Source: Cyanophora paradoxa CCMP329 | Lineage: Eukaryota; Plantae; Glaucophyta | NCBI GenBank assembly: GCA_004431415.1 | Contig: QPMI01000434.1 | Coordinates: forward strand, 124,001 to 188,000 | Direction of reading: 5' to 3' | Length of the DNA stretch: 64,000 nucleotides | Translations under genes and position numbers: made by a program | In this document: positions 56,580-64,000 of the stretch, piece by piece | How positions within the stretch are numbered: the stretch's first letter is position 1 | How the letters are laid out: every line of letters starts with the position of its first letter | Notes under the pieces: model-generated | Seen by the model: the letters and a program-made list of their open reading frames with translations, nothing else | What the model was told of the DNA's origin: nothing | Database searches by the model: none

Positions 56580-59500
56580 GCCGGGCGTTCAGAAGCTGCA
56601 TGGGCATGGGCGACTCAGTACTCCCTCCCTCAAGGGGGCCTTTCCGTGCTCGGCCGACCGAAGCCGCTCCGGCGGTGGATGGCGGGCTGGGCGCTCCTCG
56701 TGGTCCAATCCCACGAACTGGAACGCTCCCAAATTGGGATCCGTCTAGCTTGTAGACGTTCTGTCTGCAGCCTGCATGTTTCCCGAAGTACAGATGCGGG
56801 ACGACTCTTAGCTGGCATGCCGGCGCCGGCGCCGCGGCGCTCGTGCACACAGACGCTCTTCGATACTGTCCCCGTCGCCGAGTCGGTGCCACGTACGCCG
56901 CGGTCATGATCACGTACGCCGAGCTCTGGCCGACAAACATGCATTCTTCAGTCGACAAGCGCGATATCCCGCGCAGCGAAGAGCGACGCGAGCCCTCAGA
57001 GGACGCGCGGCGCGCGCACGAAGGGGGGTATCACGATGTGGCGAGCGGCGCCGCTCCAAGGCTCACGGGCCGCGCGGCGGCCACCAGCGCTCATCCTCGC
57101 GCACTGGAAACGCCGCGGTAACATTGTTGCTAGTGTTCGTTATCGGGTTATTCACACTGTAACTATTCCATCTTTATCTGTGCAGTCCGCTTTTTCCTTG
57201 AAGGCCCGGTCCACGAGTCTCTGCTTGCGCTCATCGCAGTCCTTGCAGTCAGTGCGTAGCCCGCGCGTGCTGCCCGCGAAGCAAACTCAGCTCTTGGCAG
57301 CTGTGTACATCGCACAAACTTATCACAACACCCGCACGCTCGAGTGCGCTGCGCTTTCTGCGGCGCGAGCTCCGATCCAGTCCCCCGCGCGTCCGCACTG
57401 CATAGGCCCCACCGTTCCTTGCTTACGTGCACATCGACGTCGCCAGAGCTCGCCGCTGCGCATGCCGTACGTCTCTGCTCTGAATTTTCGAGCTGCGCGC
57501 CGCAGAATTCTGTACACTGTGACGAGCGTATTCTTCGTTGTGGAGTACCTGCTGCAACTCATGGCTGCGGCCGACACGTGAGCATGCCTACGCGCATACG
57601 CTATGCCTATGCGCATAAGCTTTCGCGAGGCGCGGCCCTAGGTCCTCGGTCTGAGTGTTCTCGGCCCCGCAGATTCTCGTATGTATTCTCGTGGATCGGG
57701 GTCGCCGACCTGCTCTCGGCCCTCCCGATTCTCGGTGCCCCGATGCACGCGATCGCGCGGCCGCAGCGAGCGCTGAACGCCCGCCCGCGAGCAGACGTCT
57801 TCGTCTACGAGACGGGCGTCCTCGGCATCTTCCGGCTCCTCTCGCTCTTCCGCATCTCCCGCCTTGCCCTCGTCTTCGAGCGCTGGTGCGTACGTTTCGC
57901 AGCTTGTCAGCTCAGCGCGCAGCTAGCTTTTGCGCCTGCTCATGTTGCCGTTGATGGGGGTGCCCAGGTACGAGCGGAACAGCGCGGTTCATCGGGAGCT
58001 GGTCTTTCTGGGCGCCTCCTTCCTCACATACATGTAAAGCTTACAAAACGATCCACAGCAGTACCCGCAGCAGCTAATAAAAACCGCAGACTACTCACCG
58101 CGGCTTTCATTGAGTGGATGTGCGCGCGGGCCCCCGGCGGCCCGGCTTCTTGCGCTTCCTTCCCTTCGAATTCGGGCTCCCTGGGTTGATTAAAGCCGTC
58201 CTCGCCCGGCGCAGGGACGGCCACGGCCCGTACTTCCTCGTCGACCAGCAGCTGTCCTTCCACGAGAGCCTCTACTTCATCATCGTCACCGTGCGCGCGT
58301 ACCCCGCGCCCCGCGGTTCAGCCCGTACCCCTCCACCCCACCGACCAGCACCCCAGATGGCGACGGTGGGATACGGTGAGCGTGAGGGGCGGGGCGGGGC
58401 GGGGCAAAGCGAATCAAACAAAGCAAACGCGGCGTCGTCGCAGGTGACATCGCGCCGAAGAAGTGGGAGTCTCAGGTCGCCGTTCCCCCTCCCCTGCCCC
58501 TGCCCGGGTGGGTGCTCGCCTAATCACGTCGCAGGTCGTCGTCATGGCGATCATCATCTTCGCCGGTGCCCCTCCCGTGCCCCGGCCCGGCCCCGGCGAA
58601 CGCTCGCCTCGCGCCGAACGCGCCGGCGCGCGCACGCACGCACAGCGATCTTCTTCCCGATGCGGATCGGGAGCCTCATCACGGCGATGCAGTCGTCGAG
58701 CCGCTACGCGGGGCCCTTCGTGCGGCCGCTGCGGGCGCGCCACGTGCTCCTCGCCGGCCGCTTCTCCGCCCAGGAGGCCGCCGCCCTCGCCGCAGAGCTC
58801 CTCGCCCCCGTGCGCCCCCCACGCTGCGCCCCGCCTTGGAGCGGCCCTCGGCTCTTACAGCGGCGCCGTAGGGTGCCCAGCGCAGCCGGGAGACACGGAG
58901 CGAAGAGGCGCACTGGCATGGCGCGCCCGCCCCGCCCCGCCCCGCCCCGCCCCTCTCCACGGCCGCGCAGCTCTCGTGGGCCTTGAGCCGGCGAGAGATC
59001 CTCGGCGATCCTAGGCCCGAGGGCTAGGCCTTCGCCCCGACCGTGGCCGGACCGTGGCCGCACCCCCTCTCCGCCCACCTCTCCTCCAGCCACCGAGCAG
59101 TCCTAGGCCTCGGCAATCATATCCCTTGGCCTCGGCCGCACCGCGCGGCTCCCCTCGAGCTCGAGACACTGACTTCTGTGTGCAGAGAAGGCGCACCTGG
59201 TGATCCTGAGGGACGAGGAGCCAGATGCATCCTTCAAGTCGCTCCTCGGCCCGCCCGGCCTCGCCTTCGTGCCTCGCTCCCGCGCCGCCAGCTCACGTGC
59301 GCGCTGCTGCTGCGGCAGGGGACCGCCGCTTCCACTACCGCGTGCACTACCTCCGGGGCAGCGCGCTGAGGGTGGGGGACCTGGCGCGGGCCGCCCTCCC
59401 GCAGGCAGTCGCCGCCTTCCTCCTGACCCACCGCTCCCCCTGCCCCGCCACCGACGCCGGTCCGCGTCCCCCGCAGGGGCGCGCGCGCTCGCTCGCGCCG

Positions 59501-62133
59501 CTCACGACCGATCGCGCGCCGCAGAGGCGGAGCTGGCGTGCGCGGCGGTGCGGCGGGCGGCGCCCCACGTGCCCCTCTACGCCGTTCTTCCCTCCCACGA
59601 CGCCGCCGTGCGTTGCGCGCCGGCGCTGGAGAGCCCGTCCCCCGCGCCGCGCTCACAGGAGGGCAGGAGGGGGTTCGGGGCATGGGCGCCGCCGTAGCCC
59701 TATCCCTCGACGAGCTCGCTGCCGTGTGCACCCCGGCCTCCGACCGCAACCCTCCTCTCACGCCTTCGCAGGCGATGCTGGCGCGCGGGGCGGTCTGCCC
59801 CGGGGCCCCCGCGCTGCTGGCGAACGTGCTGGCGACGCACGCGCAGCGGGGCGCGCGGCGGCGCCCCGCGGAGCGGCTGCGGGAGGTGCACCGCGCCTTC
59901 TTCAGCAAGGAGGAGCGCGAGGACATCGACATTCTTCCAGAGGAGGAGGAGCAGGGGGTCGGGGAGGGAGAGATTGCCCCCGGCCGGCCGGCCCCGCCCC
60001 CGGCCGCCGCGGCCGGGCTCGACGATGGCACCGCGCCGCCTGGCGCCCCGCCGCCGGTGCAGGCCTCCCCTGCGGGAAGCCGCCACGGTCTTCTCAAGAG
60101 GGCCCTGCACTCCAAGAGGGCCGCCGGTGACGAGGGGGCGGGGGCCCCATGGGAGGCGCAGTACGACTACGGGCGGGCCCACAACCTCTACGCGCTCCCC
60201 GTACCCCCCGCCTTCTCGGGCGTACCCTTCCGCGACTCCGCGGCGGCCGCCTTCGAGCAGTGCCAGGCGCGCCTCGAGCCCCGCCCGCCTCCCCGCCGCC
60301 CTCACAATCCGAACGGATGGGCCCCGCAGGTCCTGCTTCTGGGCGTCGAGGAGGCAGGGGCCCCGACTGCCGACCCCGCAATCGAGGAGGCGCGGCGGCC
60401 GCTGCCGGGGAGCCGCGTGCGGGCGCGGCTGCGGCCGTCGGCGGCGGCGCGCGGCTCGTCGCTCTCCATCGACGTGGAGGCGCTGGCTGCGGGGGCGGGG
60501 GCGGGCCCCGCGTTCCTGCCCTACCCCGCGGGGCGCTTCTGCCGCGCCGGAGACGTCCTCGTCGTCCTCGCCTTCTCCAAGCTCGCCGCCGCCCGCGTCC
60601 GCCCCGTGCGGCCCTCCCTTCCTGCCGTCCTCTCTTAGCCTCGCCCCGCAGGTCGCCGCGCTCTCCTTCACGCCGCCGGGGCCCGGGGCCGAAGCCGAGC
60701 TCGCCGCAGCCGCCGCCCTCCTCGGGGAAAGGGAGCAGGGCCGGGCGCGCGCCCCGCCGCTGGCCCTCGCGACGGCGCTGCACCCCGACACGGTGCGCGG
60801 CGAACGCGACAAGCCGCCGGGGGCCGAGGAGGCGTGGGCGGAGGCGGCCGAGGAGTGCCTGCCGCGCCCGCCGCGGCGGCTGCTCGACGCGGGCGGGCAC
60901 ATCTGCGTGGCGGGCGGGGCGGGGCCCGAGCAGCTGGCGCGGCTAGTGCGGCGGCTGCGGGAGGCGCGCCCCGGGCGCCCGATCGTGCTCGCCGGCGAGG
61001 AGGCCCCGCACGCCCTCGCCGCCTGGGGTCTCCTCCCGCCCGCCCTCCTGCGCGCCCTCTACGCCCTCCCCGGCCCGCCCTACGCGCAGCACACCCTCGA
61101 GCGCGCCGGCGGGGGCCCCGGGGCGAGCCCCGAGGCCGTCCTCCTCCTCGCCGACCGCAGCGCCGACTGCGCCGCCGCCTTCGAGGGCGCCGCCGACGCC
61201 CCCGCCGCCCTCGCCGCCCAGCGCGCCCTCGCCGCCTACCCCTCCGCCCGCGTCCTCGTCGAGCTCGGTGCGTGCCCCCGCCCCCGCCGGCCCCGCACCG
61301 CCCGCTCACTCCCGCGCAGAGACCGAGTCGAGCGCCCAGTTCCTGGACGCCCCCCGCCGGGAGGCCCGGGCCCCGGAGGCCAAGGCCTCGAAACCCCCGA
61401 GCGCGAGCGCGGGCCGGCATCCCCAGAAGGAGGACCCGCGGCGGCACCCGCGCTTCGCGGAGGGCGTGGTGCGGCCGCCTGCTCTCGTGCGCTCACCGGA
61501 GGCGCCGAGCCGAGCGGCCGCGCAGGTCTACACCCGCTCGGTGGCCCACTCCCTCCTCTGCCAGGCCTACCACCAGGCACGCCCCCGCCCGCCCGCCCTC
61601 GCGCCCTCGCGCCCGCCCCGCCCTCCCCTGACCTCGCGCTCTGTCTTCCTTCGGCCTTTCAGGGCCCGGCCTGCGTCGGCCTGGTCCTCCACGCCCTCTC
61701 CGAGCACCCCGCCGGGCCCGGCCTCCGGCTCCTCCCCGTACCCCCTCCCCTCGCCGTCCGCACCGTACCCCCCGCCCGCCTGTCTTGGCCCACTTGGCTC
61801 GCCTCCCGCCGCAGAACCGGCCCTACCGCGACCTCTTCAGGGCTTACCTCGGTACGCCCCCGCCCTTCGCTTGCAAGCCTTGCCCCCTCGCTCCAGCCGA
61901 CGCTACCGGCAGGGGGGAGCGACCTGCTGCCCCTGGGCCTCTACCGCGCCGCCGGCACCGCCGGAGCGCCCCGCCCCTTCGTCTGTGCGCCCCGGCCGCG
62001 GCCTTCTTCGTCTGCGCATGCACAGCTATAGCTAGCGCTGACGGGGGCGCGGGCCGGGGCAGACACGAACCCGCACCCCGAGACGGTCGTGCTCCCCTCC
62101 GACGCCGTCTACCTCTTCTCCAGCGGCGCCTAG
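56580..62133 (+). CDS. Slo/BK-type (RCK-containing) potassium channel; multi-exon, start uncertain
   Basis: S4-like FRLLSLFRISRL, pore LSFHESLYFIIVT/MATVGYGDIAP, RCK1 RHVLLAG...VHYLRGSAL..GDLARA, LARGAVCPGAPALLANVL, RCK2 GHICVAG, C-terminal LPLGLYR...TNPHPETVVLPSDAVY. Confidence 0.85.
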
Positions 62134-62494
62134 CCATAGCTCTAGCTATGGATCTCCCCTCCGCCGCGCGCGACGCTAACGCTAGCCTCCCGGCCCTCGC
62201 ATGCTCGGATTCAGATTCCAAATTTCTGTACATATTTCGAATTCCACCGCGACGTGGCGCTCGTTGGCGAATCCAAGTCGTGGAGGGGGGGTATAGGCCA
62301 GAGGGTCAACGTGCCGCTAGAGTTTGAGTGAGGTCGCGCAGCGCTTGAAGGCCCCAGGTTCGCGAGCTCGTGAGCTCTAGGCTGGGGCTCTGTATCGACG
62401 CACAGCTGCAGGGTGCGGGACGCTGGCAGGTCGGCTGGCAGAGATTTCCGTCCGCTGCACCAGTGCGCGCCAGCGCGGGCGGTGATTCGCCACG

Positions 62495-64000
62495 ATGGCG
62501 GCCATCGCACCCGCAAAGAAGGTTAGACCCGCTCGTTGTGGCCGTGGAGTGTTGGAGTCGCTTCATTCCACCCGCCGCCCCCCTCTGACGAACTCGCCGG
62601 CGCAGACCCTCGTCTTCATCCCTTCAAAGCAGGAGGGATATGTCCTCGCAGATATCGTCAGTCAGAATGAGCGGGAGGTCCGGATCAGGCCGCGGGACAA
62701 AGGCGACCAGCAGGTGCGCCGCGCTCCCTGTTGCGCCTCCAGCGACTCGTAGATATGGAGGAATACACCTCTTGGCGTTAGCTAACCGCCGCGCCTGCGC
62801 GTTCCGAACGACCACGCAGGAGCGCTTGGTGCCGGTTACCGACATCCTGCCGTCGAACCCGGAGTCGGCCGCGCCGCCGGACGACAACACGGCGCTTATG
62901 CACCTACATGCGGCGTCGCTGCTGCACAATCTCCGCGTCCGCTACGACAAGGACCAAATCTACGTGCGCCGGTCCCTTCGATTGCTCCCTCGTTGCTCTC
63001 CACTGTGCCCACACCACTCGCTTACTTATTTCACCTCTTTGCGCAGACGTACACCGTGCGCGGGTCCCTCGCCGCTTCGCGCCGCGTTTGTGGAGGTTTG
63101 CGCTATTTGAACGTTTCGTGTCGCAGGCGTACATCCTGCTTGCGGTTAACCCGTACAAGACGCTGCCCATCTACGACGACTCTTTGATGGAAAGATACCG
63201 GGGAAAATCGATCGGCAAGGAGGTCCCGCACGTCTTCGCGGTGACCGACAGAGCCTACCGACTCATGAAGGCGGAGGGCATCAACCAGTCCATCGTCATC
63301 AGGCGAGCTTCCGTCTTTCTGCCATTTCCGTTCTTGGCCGGCGCTGAGCGTTTTCCGCGCCGCAGCGGCGAGTCCGGCGCCGGCAAGACCGAGACCAGCA
63401 AGGTCGGCCCTCTCGCGCTTCCTGTGTTTTCGCTGCCCGCCCGCGTTATCCTCCTCCTCCTCCGCAGTACGCCATGCGCTTCCTGGCGCACGTTGGGAAG
63501 GCGTCGGCGAAGGGCGAGCTGGGCGAGCGCGTGCTCGACACGAACCCCATCCTGGAGGCCTTCGGTAACGCCAAGACCCTCCGCAACAACAACTCCTCCC
63601 GCTTCGTGCGCCCGTCTCCTTCCTTTTCTCCTTCCTTCCGCGTTCTGCACCTGGCGTCCCGACCTCGCTTCCCTCTCCCCGCAGGGCAAGTACATCAAGA
63701 TCAACTTCAACAAGGACGGGTCCGTCGTTGGCGCCTCGATCGTCACCTGTGCGCCCTTCTGTTTGCTTGCCCGCCTCCTGCCCGCGCTCGCTGACCTCGC
63801 GCGCCTCGCAGACCTTCTTGAGCGGGTCCGATCGCTCCGCTTTCTCTCTCCTGCGCCCCCAAGCCCCGCTAACTCCCGCCTTCCTCCCCGCCTGCAGTCC
63901 CGCGTGACGCAGCAGGATAAGGACGAGCGGAACTACCACATCTTCTACCAGCTCTGCGCCGGCGCAAACGACGAGGAGCGGAGTGCGCGCGCCGCGCTCG
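62495..64000 (+). CDS. Myosin heavy chain, N-terminal motor domain (runs off the window)
   Basis: DDNTALMHL...LLHNLRVRY...[22 protein letters not shown]-loop [56 protein letters not shown]. Confidence 0.95.

Noticed and set aside
58400-62035. Long single ORFs (e.g. 59974-62031, 59700-60902) as separate genes
   Set aside because: These are GC-driven open frames crossing introns of the Slo channel gene, or antisense shadows.

Overview
Eukaryotic, very GC-rich host DNA with many short introns occupies about 1-14.2 kb and 52-64 kb. The ABC ATPase has an MQAF- type transit peptide and looks cyanobacterial, which tentatively suggests a glaucophyte-like alga (inference only). Host genes: pyruvate decarboxylase, DrrA-like ABC ATPase, mitochondrial-type bL19, three PLAC8 paralogs, a degenerate kinase/2OG-dioxygenase locus, a Slo/BK-type K+ channel and the start of a myosin. 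About 38 kb of nested mobile DNA lies between two PLAC8 paralogs. Its centrepiece is an end-to-end 22.6-kb endogenous DNA virus (16496-39138) with ~426-bp TIRs, TGTTGT...ACAACA ends and a 6-bp TSD (ATATAG). It pairs a Polinton-type replication/integration module (protein-primed PolB, rve integrase) with a capsid module whose motifs look NCLDV-like (A32-type ATPase, MCP, two head-to-head pentons). It also encodes an HNH-AP2 endonuclease, a patatin lipase, a 2000-aa modular fibre with an S74 chaperone and two paralogous fibre-like genes; no adenain protease is visible. The virus sits inside ORF2 of an L1/Tx1-like LINE (removing it restores the frame), and that LINE is itself inserted, with a 12-bp TSD, into a fragment of its own family. 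A separate nest has a CACAG-ended DNA transposon (3-bp TSD) inside a 5'-truncated copy of the same LINE. All calls are from motif recognition by eye; no searches were run.
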